From assembly GCA_046351675.1 (NCBI GenBank), contig JAXLYB010000002.1, positions 128,001 through 192,000 on the forward strand: DNA of 64,000 bases, in the 5' to 3' direction. Below are positions 12,178 through 21,468 of the stretch, piece by piece. The stretch comes from Myxococcaceae bacterium. Its GTDB lineage: Bacteria; Myxococcota; Myxococcia; Myxococcales; Myxococcaceae. How positions within the stretch are numbered: the stretch's first letter is position 1; each line of letters opens with the position of its first letter. The position numbers were made by a program, and so were the translations under genes. Under the pieces are notes generated by a model that saw nothing but the letters and a program-made list of their open reading frames with translations, ran no database searches and was not told the origin of the DNA.

Positions 12178-13974
12178 ATGCGAACGCTCCGATGGCTGTG
12201 CGCGGTGACGCTGCTCCTCGCCGTCTTCACGCCGCGCGACGCGAACGCGTTCTGCGGCTTCTACGTCTCGGGCGGCGGCGGCCAGCTCTTCAACGACGCG
12301 TCGATGGTGGTGCTGGTGCACGACGGCACGCGCACCGTGCTGTCGATGCAGAACAACTACCGCGGCCCGCCCGAAGACTTCGCGCTCGTCGTGCCGGTGC
12401 CGGTGGTCCTCCAGAAGGACCAGGTGAAGACGATTCCCAAGGAGGCCTTCACGCGCCTCGACGAGCTGACGGCGCCGCGCCTGGTCGAGGTGCCGCGCGA
12501 GCCCTGCGGCATGGGCCTGGGCGTGATGGGCGTCGGCGCGGGTGGCGGCGGCATGGCGCTGGCGGGCAGCGCCGACATGCCCCGCGACCTGGGCGTCAAG
12601 ATCGAGGCGAAGTTCGACGTCGAGGAATACGAGATCCTCATCTTGAGCGCGAAGGACTCGCTGGGCCTGGAAATCTGGCTCAAGGAAGAGAAGTACAAGA
12701 TTCCCGACGGCGCGCAGGCGGCGCTCGCGCCGTACGTGCAGCAGGGCTCGAAGTTCTTCGTCGCGAAGGTGAACGCGAAGAAGGCAAAGATGGTCGACGG
12801 CCACGCGGTGCTGTCGCCGCTGCGCTTCCACTACGACAGCGAGCAGTTCTCCCTGCCGGTGCGCCTCGGGTTGCTCAACAGCAACGGCGCGCAGGACCTC
12901 ATCGTCACCGTCATCGCGAAGAGCCGCTACGAGCTGGCGAACCTGAAGAACGTGCTGGTGCCCACCAACGTCGACGTGCGCACCCGCACCCAGCCGCAGT
13001 TCGGCGGCTTCTACCGGGAGCTCCTCGACCGCACGTTCAAGAAGTACCCGCGCGCGGCGGTGACGGAGTTCGCGTGGCAGGGCGCGCTGCCTCCGCCGAC
13101 CGAGATGGTGGGCGGTGGCATCTACGGCGTGACGTGCGACCCGTGCCCGCCTCCGCACCCGGTCGACAACCCGCTGGCGAAGTACCTCGGCGTCAACCTG
13201 CTGCCGAAGATCAAGACCGACGAGGGCATCGCCGCGTTCGCCGCGGCCGCGACGGTGACGCGCCTGCACCTCCGTTACACGAAGGAGACCGCGCCGGACG
13301 ACCTCGTCTTCAAGGCGGCCGACCCGGTGGCGGGCGGCGTGCCCGAGGTGAAGGTGGCGGGGCCGGCGAAGACCAACCGCTTCCAGGGCCGCTACGTGAT
13401 GTGGGTCGACGGCTGCGGCGGCGGGCTGCTGGGCGGCAACGGCTTCTTCACGCCGGGCAACCCGCTCGCGCCGGTGACGGGTCCGTCGGCGCCGTCGGGC
13501 AACAAGCTCATCGACCCGTTCGAGCAGCTCATCGTGTCGGACCTCACCGAGCTCGAGGTGAAGGCCGTGCCCCTGGCGAAGGACGCGCCGAAGGTGACGT
13601 TCACCGCGCCGCCGCCTCCGCCGCAGGTCACGTACGTCAGCTCGGGCGGGCCCCGGGTGCAGTTCGGCGGCGTGCAGACCACCGAGGGCTACGACACGGT
13701 GATCGTCACCCGCGTGATGAAGATGAACCAGAACCAGCTCAAGTATTGCTACGCGCGCGCTCTCAACCTCAACCCGACGCTCGCGGGGAAGCTGATGCTG
13801 CGCTTCGAGGTCGGCGAAGAAGGCCGCGTCACGAAGTCGGAAGTGCTGACCAGCACGGTGGCGAGCGACGACGTGACGGCGTGCGTGACGACCCGCACCA
13901 GGGTGTGGCAGTTCCCCAAGCCGGCCGGCGCGCCGGCGGTGGTGACCGTGCCCATCGTCTTCACGCCGCAGTGA
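12178..13974 (+). CDS. Secreted DUF2330-like protein with C-terminal AgmX/PglI-type (TonB-C-like) domain
   Basis: Signal peptide MRTLRWLCAVTLLLAVFTPRDANA. A long conserved body follows. The last ~90 residues (QLKYCYARALNLNPTLAGKLMLRFEVGEEGRVTKSEVL...VWQFPKP...VTVPIVF) match the widespread myxobacterial AgmX/PglI C-terminal pattern. AAGGAG Shine-Dalgarno lies 8 bp upstream. Confidence 0.55.
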   Translation: MRTLRWLCAVTLLLAVFTPRDANAFCGFYVSGGGGQLFNDASMVVLVHDGTRTVLSMQNNYRGPPEDFALVVPVPVVLQKDQVKTIPKEAFTRLDELTAPRLVEVPREPCGMGLGVMGVGAGGGGMALAGSADMPRDLGVKIEAKFDVEEYEILILSAKDSLGLEIWLKEEKYKIPDGAQAALAPYVQQGSKFFVAKVNAKKAKMVDGHAVLSPLRFHYDSEQFSLPVRLGLLNSNGAQDLIVTVIAKSRYELANLKNVLVPTNVDVRTRTQPQFGGFYRELLDRTFKKYPRAAVTEFAWQGALPPPTEMVGGGIYGVTCDPCPPPHPVDNPLAKYLGVNLLPKIKTDEGIAAFAAAATVTRLHLRYTKETAPDDLVFKAADPVAGGVPEVKVAGPAKTNRFQGRYVMWVDGCGGGLLGGNGFFTPGNPLAPVTGPSAPSGNKLIDPFEQLIVSDLTELEVKAVPLAKDAPKVTFTAPPPPPQVTYVSSGGPRVQFGGVQTTEGYDTVIVTRVMKMNQNQLKYCYARALNLNPTLAGKLMLRFEVGEEGRVTKSEVLTSTVASDDVTACVTTRTRVWQFPKPAGAPAVVTVPIVFTPQ

Positions 13975-13982
13975 CTGTTCGG

Positions 13983-14033
13983 CCCCTCACCCCGGCCCTC
14001 TCCCCGCATCCGCAGGGAGAGGGAGGCTCAGCT
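13983..14033. repeat. REP-like hairpin in a convergent gap
   Basis: ggcccctcaccccggccctctccccgcatccgcagggagagggaggctcag, with stem CCCTCTCCC/GGGAGAGGG. Confidence 0.5.
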
Positions 14034-14739
14034 CGAGCGACGCGTCGAGGTCGAGGCGGTGGAGGAACAGCACCGCGCCCCGCTGATCGACCCTGACCTG
14101 GCTCGTCTGCCCCGCGCGCGTGGTCCACGCCGAGAGCGCGTCGGCCGCGGGCCCCTGCGGCGTTCCTTCCGGCCAGGTGATGGTGAGCACGTCGGCCTCG
14201 CGCGACACCGTGCCCTTCGCTGACCACGGCGTGGTCACGGCCTTCACGCCGGTGGTGGTGGTGAGCTCGCTCGTCGTCTCGCCGCTCCACGTGCAGTCGG
14301 CGCCGTCGAACGACACGGTCAGCGTCGCGCGCGGGTCTCTCGACACCGAGTCACCGCGGTGAAACGCCGTCACGCGCCACGCACCCGAGAGCGTCGGCGT
14401 GGCCGTCGCAATGCAGCGGCCCGCGCGGCACTCGGCGGTGAAGGTCGCGCCGTGCGAGCAAAGCCTGGGCGGCGCGGGCTGACAGTCCTTGCGGGCGCAG
14501 GCGCTGCGCCGCTCGACTCCGCGCGCCGGGGTCTCGGCGCTGATCAGCTCGTCGCAGGAGCTCGGGTTGCAGCACTCGTCTTCGCGCACCAGCACGCAGT
14601 CGGCGGCCGCGCGGCACGCGTCGAGGTCCTTCCGGGCAGAGCGGCAACCCCCGAGGGCCACCACGAGCACGACGAGGAGCACCGGGCGCAGGCGCTGCTT
14701 CGACGGCGACGCGGCGCCCGGAGTTCCCTCGCGGCTCAC
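13987..14739 (-). CDS. Cys-rich lipoprotein, last gene of the copper operon
   Basis: GTG start overlaps the oxidase stop (GTGA). KQRLRPVLLVVLVVALGGC lipobox. Ten or more Cys in the first 90 residues (CRAAADCVLVREDECCNPSSCDE...). Confidence 0.45.
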   Translation of the reverse strand: MSREGTPGAASPSKQRLRPVLLVVLVVALGGCRSARKDLDACRAAADCVLVREDECCNPSSCDELISAETPARGVERRSACARKDCQPAPPRLCSHGATFTAECRAGRCIATATPTLSGAWRVTAFHRGDSVSRDPRATLTVSFDGADCTWSGETTSELTTTTGVKAVTTPWSAKGTVSREADVLTITWPEGTPQGPAADALSAWTTRAGQTSQVRVDQRGAVLFLHRLDLDASLELSLPLPADAGRGPG

Positions 14740-16001
14740 AGCACCACGCCGTCCTTCGCGGCCTGCTCGGCCGTGACGACGCTCGCCACCGTGCCCTTCG
14801 GGTGCTGGTACCAGCCCGTGCCATCTTCCTTCTCGGGCTGCGTGCGCACCTTGAGCAGCGTGAACATGCCGCCCATGTCGATGCGGCCGAACGGCCCGTC
14901 GCCGCCGCGCATCGGAATGGAGTTGGGCGGCGCGGGCATCTCCATCTCCGACATCGAGGCCATGCCGTCGTGACCCATGGTCATGTACTTCGGCACCAGC
15001 TTGCGCGCGCGCGCGTCGATGCGCGCCCCGTCGGCGCCGAGCATCAGCGGGAAGCCGTGGCCCATCTGGTTCATCACGTGGTGGGTCATGTGGCAGTGCA
15101 TCGCCCAGTCGCCCGCCTCGGTGGGCACGAACTCGAACACACGCACCGAGCCCACCGGCACGAGGAAGGTCGTCTCGGGGTGGCGCGCCGAGAGCGGCAC
15201 CTCGCCTCCATCGGTCCACGTCAGCTCGGCGCTCACGCCGTGCAGGTGAATCGGGTGGTGGTCCATCGGCGAGAGGTTGCCCACGCGCACGCGCACGCGC
15301 TCGCCGACGCCCATCACCAGCGGCGCGGTCGCGGGGAACGCCTTGCTGTTGAAGGTGAGCACGTTGAAGTCGGCCATCGCGTTCGGGTCGGGGCGCATCG
15401 TGCCGGGGTGAATGAGCCACTCGTGCGCCATGAGCACGAAGTCGCGATCGACGCGCGGGCCCTTCGGCGCCTTCGGGTGCACGACGATCATGCCGTTCAT
15501 GCCCAGCGCCATCTGCGTCATCTCGTCGGCGTGCGGGTGGTACATGAACGTGCCCGCGCGCTTGAACGTGAACTCGTAGAGGTACGTCTCGCCCGGCTGC
15601 ATCGGCGTCTGCGTCAGCCCCGCCACGCCGTCCATGCCGTTGGGCAGAATGACGCCGTGCCAGTGCACGCTCGTCACCTCGGGCAGGCGGTTGGTGACGT
15701 AGAGCCGCACGCGGTCGCCCTCGGTCACCTCGAGGGTCGGGCCCGGCGTCGAGCCGTTGTAGCCCCACGCGCGAATCTTCAAGCCCGGGGCGATCTCGTG
15801 GTCGAACTCCTCGGCGATGAGGTGGCCGACCTTCACGCCGTTGATCAACTTGAGCGGCAGCGTCGAGCCGTTGGGCGTCACCACCGCGCGCTGGCCACCC
15901 GGCGCGACCACCACCGGCGCGGGCGCGGTCGCCTTCGCGAGCGCGTCCTTCGCGGCGAGCGCTCCCAGCGCGGTCCACTGCATCAGTTCCCGGCGGTTCA
16001 T
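14736..16001 (-). CDS. Multicopper oxidase (CueO/CopA-like), Tat-exported
   Basis: MNRRELMQWTALGALAA twin-arginine signal. HWHG, HPH and HxH...HCH...H copper-site motifs (SVHWHGVILPNGMDG, YHPHADEMTQ, HPIHLHG, WAMHCHMTHHVMNQM). GGGGG Shine-Dalgarno. Start codon overlaps the upstream stop. Confidence 0.85.
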   Translation of the reverse strand: MNRRELMQWTALGALAAKDALAKATAPAPVVVAPGGQRAVVTPNGSTLPLKLINGVKVGHLIAEEFDHEIAPGLKIRAWGYNGSTPGPTLEVTEGDRVRLYVTNRLPEVTSVHWHGVILPNGMDGVAGLTQTPMQPGETYLYEFTFKRAGTFMYHPHADEMTQMALGMNGMIVVHPKAPKGPRVDRDFVLMAHEWLIHPGTMRPDPNAMADFNVLTFNSKAFPATAPLVMGVGERVRVRVGNLSPMDHHPIHLHGVSAELTWTDGGEVPLSARHPETTFLVPVGSVRVFEFVPTEAGDWAMHCHMTHHVMNQMGHGFPLMLGADGARIDARARKLVPKYMTMGHDGMASMSEMEMPAPPNSIPMRGGDGPFGRIDMGGMFTLLKVRTQPEKEDGTGWYQHPKGTVASVVTAEQAAKDGVVL

Positions 16002-17404
16002 CAGTGCCCCCCTTCCATCGCGCGCGCGTCGACGCCGCTGTTGCTGGTGCTGACCGCCTGGAACTCGAGCGGCGTGAAGCGGCCCGCCTTCAGCAGCTCG
16101 AGCGCGGCCAGGGCCCGCTGCGCCTCGAGCCGCGCGTCGACCTCGGCCAGCGCCGTCTCGGTGACCGCGCGCTGCGCCGCCAGCACCTGGAACACGCCGA
16201 CCTGCATCGCGTTGTACTGGAGCACCGTCTCGTCGAGCGCCTGCCGCCGCGCGGGCAACAGCCGCGTCGCGTAGTGCGTCGCGCGCTTCGTCGCCGACTC
16301 GAGCCGGTTCCACGTCACGCGCACCGCCGAGCGCACCGCGAGCGCCTGCCCCTCGGCCCGCGCGCGCACCACGTGGTACTCGCTCTTCGCCGAGAGCTGC
16401 CGGCCCTGCGCCTGGTCGAGCAGCGGCAAACCCACCGTCATGTGCGCGCCCAGTTCCCACAGCGCGCCGTCGCGCTCACCGTGAAAGCCCGCCTGCAGGT
16501 GCGGGAGCCAGCCCTCGGTCGCGGCGAGCGTCACCTTGCGGCTGGCGGCCTCGGCGCGCGCCTTCGCCTCGGCCAGCTCGAGCGAGTTCGTCACCGCGAG
16601 CGCCTCGGTCAACGCGTCGGCCGCGGGGAGCACCGGCGCCTCGAGCGAGCCAGCGAGCTTCCACCCCAGCTGCGCGCCCGACAGCCCGAGCCGCCGCGTC
16701 AGCGCCTCGCGCGCATCGAGCAGCGCGTTCTCGGCCTCGGCGACCTGCAGCCGCGCCTGTTCCACCGCCACGCGCTCGGTGGCGACCTGCAGGCCGTTGA
16801 CGTTGCCCGCCTTCTCGAGCGTCTCCATCGCGTCCCACGAGGCCTGCTGCGACTCGAGCGCCGCGAGCCGCAGCTCGAGCCGCCGCGCCGACGCCTGCAC
16901 GTCGAGCCACGCCAGCCGCGTGCGGTAGGAGAGATCGAGCAGCGCGCCCGCCGCCTTGAGCCGCTCGGCCTCGAGCGCCGACTCCGCCACTGCCGAGCGC
17001 AGCGGCGTCATCACCGTGGCCGCGATGTTGAGCTCCAGCCCGAAGTCGAGCTGCGCCGGCTGCGGACCGCCGGGGTCGCGAATCGCGAACTCCACCTCGG
17101 GGTTGGGCAGCAGCCCCGCCTGCACGAAGGCGCCGCGCGACACGCCCACCTCGGCGAGCGCCGCGCGGGCGTCACGGTTGGCGAGGAAGGCGACCTTCAC
17201 CGCGTCGTCGGCGCTCAGCGGCTTCTCGAGCAGCGCCTGCACTTCCGACGGCACGTCTTCGGGCACGTCGAAGCGCGGCAGCGCGAGGGTGGCGAGCGTC
17301 GAGCTCCGCGCCGACACCGTCGCCTCGACCGCCGCGACCTCCGACGACATCGTGGCGCAGCCGCCCAGCGCGAGCGCGACGAGCAGACCGGTGAGCCGCT
17401 TCAT
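16001..17404 (-). CDS. TolC-family outer-membrane efflux lipoprotein (CusC/OprM-like)
   Basis: MKRLTGLLVALALGGCA lipobox. Two coiled-coil/beta-barrel repeats (LSYRTRLAWLDVQASARRLELRLAALE...; ...LEAQRALAALELLKA). ATGA overlap with the upstream YHS gene. Confidence 0.75.
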   Translation of the reverse strand: MKRLTGLLVALALGGCATMSSEVAAVEATVSARSSTLATLALPRFDVPEDVPSEVQALLEKPLSADDAVKVAFLANRDARAALAEVGVSRGAFVQAGLLPNPEVEFAIRDPGGPQPAQLDFGLELNIAATVMTPLRSAVAESALEAERLKAAGALLDLSYRTRLAWLDVQASARRLELRLAALESQQASWDAMETLEKAGNVNGLQVATERVAVEQARLQVAEAENALLDAREALTRRLGLSGAQLGWKLAGSLEAPVLPAADALTEALAVTNSLELAEAKARAEAASRKVTLAATEGWLPHLQAGFHGERDGALWELGAHMTVGLPLLDQAQGRQLSAKSEYHVVRARAEGQALAVRSAVRVTWNRLESATKRATHYATRLLPARRQALDETVLQYNAMQVGVFQVLAAQRAVTETALAEVDARLEAQRALAALELLKAGRFTPLEFQAVSTSNSGVDARAMEGGH

Positions 17405-17808
17405 GGGACCTCCTTCGCCGTGGGGTGCTGCCCGAGGAACGTGTCGCGGCAGCGCTTCGAGCAGAACGAGACGCGGTGACCATCCAGCTCGAGCGTCGCG
17501 GCCGCCTTCGCCGGGTCGACCTTCATGCCGCACACCGGGTCGCGGCCCTCTTCGAACGCCGGCGCGGCCATCGGCATCGGGTGGTGGTGGTGACCGCTCG
17601 GCGCGGCCTCGGCGCACTCGCGCGAGAGCGAGGGCAGCGTGCAGCTCGAGGCCGAGAGCGGGTCATCGCCGCCCAGGGTCGAGGCGACGGCGGCCCGCGC
17701 GCCGGCGGGGGTCGCGGGGTCGAGCGCCGAGCCGGCGACGGGCTTTCGGTGGGCATCGGGCGCCGCGCAGGACACCCACAGCAAACTCAAAATCCAGTGA
17801 GACCGCAT
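17401..17808 (-). CDS. Secreted YHS/TRASH-domain metal-binding protein
   Basis: Signal peptide MRSHWILSLLWVSCAA. His-rich stretch GHHHHPMPMA. YHS motif DPVCGMKVD...FCSKRC. Confidence 0.6.
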   Translation of the reverse strand: MRSHWILSLLWVSCAAPDAHRKPVAGSALDPATPAGARAAVASTLGGDDPLSASSCTLPSLSRECAEAAPSGHHHHPMPMAAPAFEEGRDPVCGMKVDPAKAAATLELDGHRVSFCSKRCRDTFLGQHPTAKEVP

Positions 17809-17895
17809 GCCCCGCACTGACCCGCATTCGCGCCCGGTTTCAACCGCGGAGTCGACTTCTCGCGTTGGCGCCGATTCGGGTGAGAATCGCGCCGG

Positions 17896-19554
17896 ATGGG
17901 CGACGGGGAAGCGAGCGCGAGTGACTCAGGCAGCCCTTTTCCGGGGGCGAGCATCGCGGAGTGGCGGCAGCTGCTCCTGCGCCGGCTGGTGGGCTTCGCC
18001 GCGGTGGTGTCGGGCATCGCGACGGTGGCGCTCGCACCCCGACAGTTCAACCTCGGGCGCCCGGCGCTGACGGCGGCGCTGGCCATCGCCACGGTGGTGC
18101 TGGCGTTGATGGCGGTGCTCGAGCGGCCGACCGCGCAGCTGCGGGGCCTGGTGCTCTCGGTGTGTCTGCTGGGGCTGGCGACCACCGGCATCGTGGTGAC
18201 GCACTCGTGGCTGCCCAATTCCTTCGTCGCGATGATGCTGGTGACGCTGGTGCTCGCGGTCACCGTGGGCGCGCGTGCGGCGTGGCTCGCGCTCGCGGCG
18301 TCGCTGTTGATCATCACCGCGCTCGGCGCGTGGCTCATCACCGGGGGGCCCTTCCCGCCCGACGCGGGGTCTGACGTCTCGTCGGCCTACAACTGGGTGC
18401 GCATCACCAGCATCTTCGCCGGCGTGTCGGGCTCGGCGCTCTTCGCCGTGACGCGCCTCATTCGCCGGCTCGAGCAGGCGCTCGCGCGCAACCACGTGCT
18501 GCTCGAGCGCGAGCGGCAAGCCGCGGCCGAGCGCGTGAAGCGGCTCGAGGCCGAGCAACAGCGCCTGCTGGTGCAGCAGGAATCGCAGCGCCTCGAGGCG
18601 CTGGGCCGGCTCTCGGGCGGCATCGCGCACGACTTCAACAACCTGCTGACGGTGGTGGTCTCGAACGCCGAGCTGCTGCTCTCGCGCGGCGGCGACGCGC
18701 AGCTGCTGGGCGAGGTGCGCGACGCGGGGCTGCGCGGCGCCGAGCTGTCGCGCACGCTGCTCACCTTCGGCCGCATCAGCTCGACGGGCGTGTCGGCGGT
18801 GCCGCTCAACGCGACGGTCGACGACGCGCTCAAGCTGCTGCGGCGGCTGCTGCTGGCCGGCCAGTCGCTGGAGTTCCACCCCGACCCGCGCGTCGAGCGC
18901 GTGCGCTCGAACGTGGGCGAGCTCAACCAGGTGGTGATGAACCTGGTGCTCAACGCGCGCGACGCGCTGCACGACTCGAGCGGCGACCGCGTGGTGCGGC
19001 TGGCGACCTCGCTCGAGGCCGACGGGCGCGTGGCGCTCACCGTCGCCGACCGCGGCGTGGGCATGGACGCGGCGACGCAGCAGCGCGCGTTCGAGCCGTA
19101 CTTCTCGACCAAGCCGTTGGGGCGCGGCACGGGCCTGGGCCTGTCGACGGTGCACGGCATCGTCACCAGCCACGGCGGCGAGGTCTCGCTCACCTCGACG
19201 CCCGGCGCGGGCACCACGGTGAAGGTGCTGCTGAACCCCGCCGAGGCTGACGCGGAACCCGCTCGCGCGCCCGAGCCGGCGAGCGACGCCGCGAAGGTGG
19301 AGCTCGCCCGACGCCTGGTGCTCACCATCGACGACGAGCCGCTGGCGCTGAAGGTGCTCGAGCGCCTGCTGCGCGCCGAGGGCTACGAGGTGGCGCGCGG
19401 CGCGCAGGTGCCGTTTCTCTTCTGCACCGGCTATTCCGAAGACGCACTGCCCGACGCGTTCCTCGCACAGCCCGGGCGCGCGCTGCTGCAGAAGCCCTTC
19501 ACGCGCGACGACCTGATGGCGCGCGTCGACGAGCTGCTCAGGGCACGCCCTTGA
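17896..19554 (+). CDS. Membrane hybrid sensor histidine kinase with degenerate C-terminal receiver
   Basis: Six or more transmembrane helices. HisKA H-box GIAHDFNNLLTVV. HATPase N/G boxes (LVLNARDAL, DRGVGMD, GTGLGLS). A receiver-like tail LVLTIDDEPLALKVLERLL...LQKPF lacks the middle segment that normally carries the phospho-acceptor Asp. Confidence 0.75.
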   Translation: MGDGEASASDSGSPFPGASIAEWRQLLLRRLVGFAAVVSGIATVALAPRQFNLGRPALTAALAIATVVLALMAVLERPTAQLRGLVLSVCLLGLATTGIVVTHSWLPNSFVAMMLVTLVLAVTVGARAAWLALAASLLIITALGAWLITGGPFPPDAGSDVSSAYNWVRITSIFAGVSGSALFAVTRLIRRLEQALARNHVLLERERQAAAERVKRLEAEQQRLLVQQESQRLEALGRLSGGIAHDFNNLLTVVVSNAELLLSRGGDAQLLGEVRDAGLRGAELSRTLLTFGRISSTGVSAVPLNATVDDALKLLRRLLLAGQSLEFHPDPRVERVRSNVGELNQVVMNLVLNARDALHDSSGDRVVRLATSLEADGRVALTVADRGVGMDAATQQRAFEPYFSTKPLGRGTGLGLSTVHGIVTSHGGEVSLTSTPGAGTTVKVLLNPAEADAEPARAPEPASDAAKVELARRLVLTIDDEPLALKVLERLLRAEGYEVARGAQVPFLFCTGYSEDALPDAFLAQPGRALLQKPFTRDDLMARVDELLRARP

Positions 19555-20320
19555 AGACGATGCCCAGCGACACGCCGTAGTACGCGTCGGTCGCGGTCTG
19601 CCCGGCGCCGAGCGTCAACGCGTGCACGGTGAGGTCGAAGCCCAGGCGCACGTCGAGCCAGGTCCACGTGCGGAACGCGAGCCCGGCCTTGCCGTCGAAC
19701 GCGCTGCCCCTGGCGCCGGGGAAGAAGCCCGCGGTCGACAGCTCGCCCATGCCCAGCAACCACGTGGCGCCGATGCCGATGTCGAAGGTGATGCGCCAGA
19801 ACTCGAGCAGGCGCAGGCCGACGGCGACGCGCGGGCCCTGGAAGGTGACGTTGGGCACGCGCGGGCGAGGCGTGCCGTCGCTCGCGAAGGGCGAGGCAGT
19901 GGCCTCGAAGAGGTGGAGCCCCGCGTGGAACGAGGGCTCGGCGTAGCGCATGGGCAGGCGGAACAGCAGGCCGGTGCGCAGCTGGGTGGCCGAGCTGGTG
20001 AAGCGCGCGTCACTGCCGCCCATGCGGGTGATGAACTCGGGCGCGAGGTCGACGCGCATGAAGACGCCCACGTCGGCGCCGCGGTCATCGACGAAGTACG
20101 CCGCGGGGAACCACTGCACGTCGAAGGTCGCGCCGGTGGGCGAGGTGCCGATGCTGGTGCCGAGCGCGTTCGCCGCGGGGGAAAACTGCAGGTTGCGCCC
20201 CCACCAGCGGTAGTCGACGCCCAGCCGCAGCTTCTCGCGGGGCGTGGTGGTCGACGCACTGGTGCCGGCCGGGTCGGCGGCGAGCACCAGCGCGCTCAAG
20301 GTGAGGGCGAGCGGGCTCAC
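19538..20320 (-). CDS. Hypothetical secreted, possibly outer-membrane beta-strand-rich protein
   Basis: Signal peptide MSPLALTLSALVLAADPA. Alternating hydrophobic pattern and aromatic-rich C-terminal strands. Confidence 0.4.
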   Translation of the reverse strand: MSPLALTLSALVLAADPAGTSASTTTPREKLRLGVDYRWWGRNLQFSPAANALGTSIGTSPTGATFDVQWFPAAYFVDDRGADVGVFMRVDLAPEFITRMGGSDARFTSSATQLRTGLLFRLPMRYAEPSFHAGLHLFEATASPFASDGTPRPRVPNVTFQGPRVAVGLRLLEFWRITFDIGIGATWLLGMGELSTAGFFPGARGSAFDGKAGLAFRTWTWLDVRLGFDLTVHALTLGAGQTATDAYYGVSLGIVFKGVP

Positions 20321-21438
20321 TTCGCGGGGTGCGCCTTGTCGTACGCCTTGCCTTCCTTCGAGGCGAGGAAGCCCTCGAAGCCCTGCGCGTGCGCGTCGAA
20401 GGTGACGCCGGTGTTCTTCTCACACTGGTTCATCCACTTCGCGACGTCGGCCCACTTCTTCTCGCCGAGCGCCATGTCGATGAGCGTGTAGTACGGGTCG
20501 GGCAGCTTCGGCTCGGCGCTCATGGCGAGCTCGAGTTCCTTCTTCGCCTCGGCGGCCTTGCCGTTGCCGACCTGCGCGTTGCCGCGGAGCACCGAGAACC
20601 ACGCGTCGCTGCCCGCGCGCTTCTCGACGGCGGCGATGGACTTCATGCACTCCGGCCACTTCTTGCGCAGGAAGTAGAAGTCGATGCCCATCACCTGCGC
20701 GGCCGCGTCGTCGGGGTACAGCGCGAGGAAGCGCGCCATCGCCTTCTGGTACTTGCCCTCGTCGCCGTTCGAGAGCGCCGAGATGTACGGCTTGATGAAG
20801 AGGCGGTGGTCCTGCACGTCGCGCGGCAGCGAGGCCCAGATGGTCTCGACGCCCGCCCAGTCACCCTTGAGCGACGCCTCGTTCATCTTCTTGAGCGAGT
20901 CGATGTGCTTGATCAGCTGCGACTCTTCCTTGCCGAGCATGCGGTCGAGGGTGTCGAGCTTCAGGTCGGCGAGCAGCGGGAAGGCGAGCATGCGCACGTC
21001 TTCCGAACGCCAGCTGCCGTTGGCGAGGTCGTAGAAGTCGACCAGGCGCAGGGCGTTGCTGGCGTCCTTGCTCACGAGGAACTCGACGAAGTTGAACGCG
21101 CCGCCCTTGTAGAGAATGCGCAGCTGCACGCCGCGCTGGCCGTCGATGGACAGGTTGCGAGTCCACTTCACGCTGCCGCCCTGGCTCAGCTCCTTCGCGA
21201 GCGCGCCCCAGCTCTGCTTGAAGCCCTGCAGGAGGCCCTTGGTGAAGCCGCGGCGGAAGTCGTCGGGCACCTTGGTGCCGTTGAGCGAGCGGTCGAGCAT
21301 CGCGTTGGCGTCGACGCGGCTGGTGACCGGGTCGCTGCCCGACATGAATTCCTGCGCGAGCGTCTTGCCCAGCTCGGTGAGCTCGGCGTCGGTGGGGGCC
21401 GCGGATAGAACGAGGGTGAGGGCCAGGGCGATGGACAT
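20317..21438 (-). CDS. Hypothetical secreted alpha-helical protein
   Basis: MSIALALTLVLSAAPTDA signal. The 5' extension of this ORF in the track (to 22167) is Arg-rich, lies antisense to the next gene, and was discarded. Confidence 0.5.
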   Translation of the reverse strand: MSIALALTLVLSAAPTDAELTELGKTLAQEFMSGSDPVTSRVDANAMLDRSLNGTKVPDDFRRGFTKGLLQGFKQSWGALAKELSQGGSVKWTRNLSIDGQRGVQLRILYKGGAFNFVEFLVSKDASNALRLVDFYDLANGSWRSEDVRMLAFPLLADLKLDTLDRMLGKEESQLIKHIDSLKKMNEASLKGDWAGVETIWASLPRDVQDHRLFIKPYISALSNGDEGKYQKAMARFLALYPDDAAAQVMGIDFYFLRKKWPECMKSIAAVEKRAGSDAWFSVLRGNAQVGNGKAAEAKKELELAMSAEPKLPDPYYTLIDMALGEKKWADVAKWMNQCEKNTGVTFDAHAQGFEGFLASKEGKAYDKAHPAK

Positions 21439-21468
21439 GGCCGCCCTCTTAGTCGGATCATCTGCGCC

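Noticed and set aside
13987-15978. 663-aa minus-strand ORF.
   Set aside because: It is a chimeric frame: its 3' end is the real Cys-rich lipoprotein, and the rest is out of frame relative to the multicopper oxidase (14736-16001), which has unambiguous copper-site motifs.
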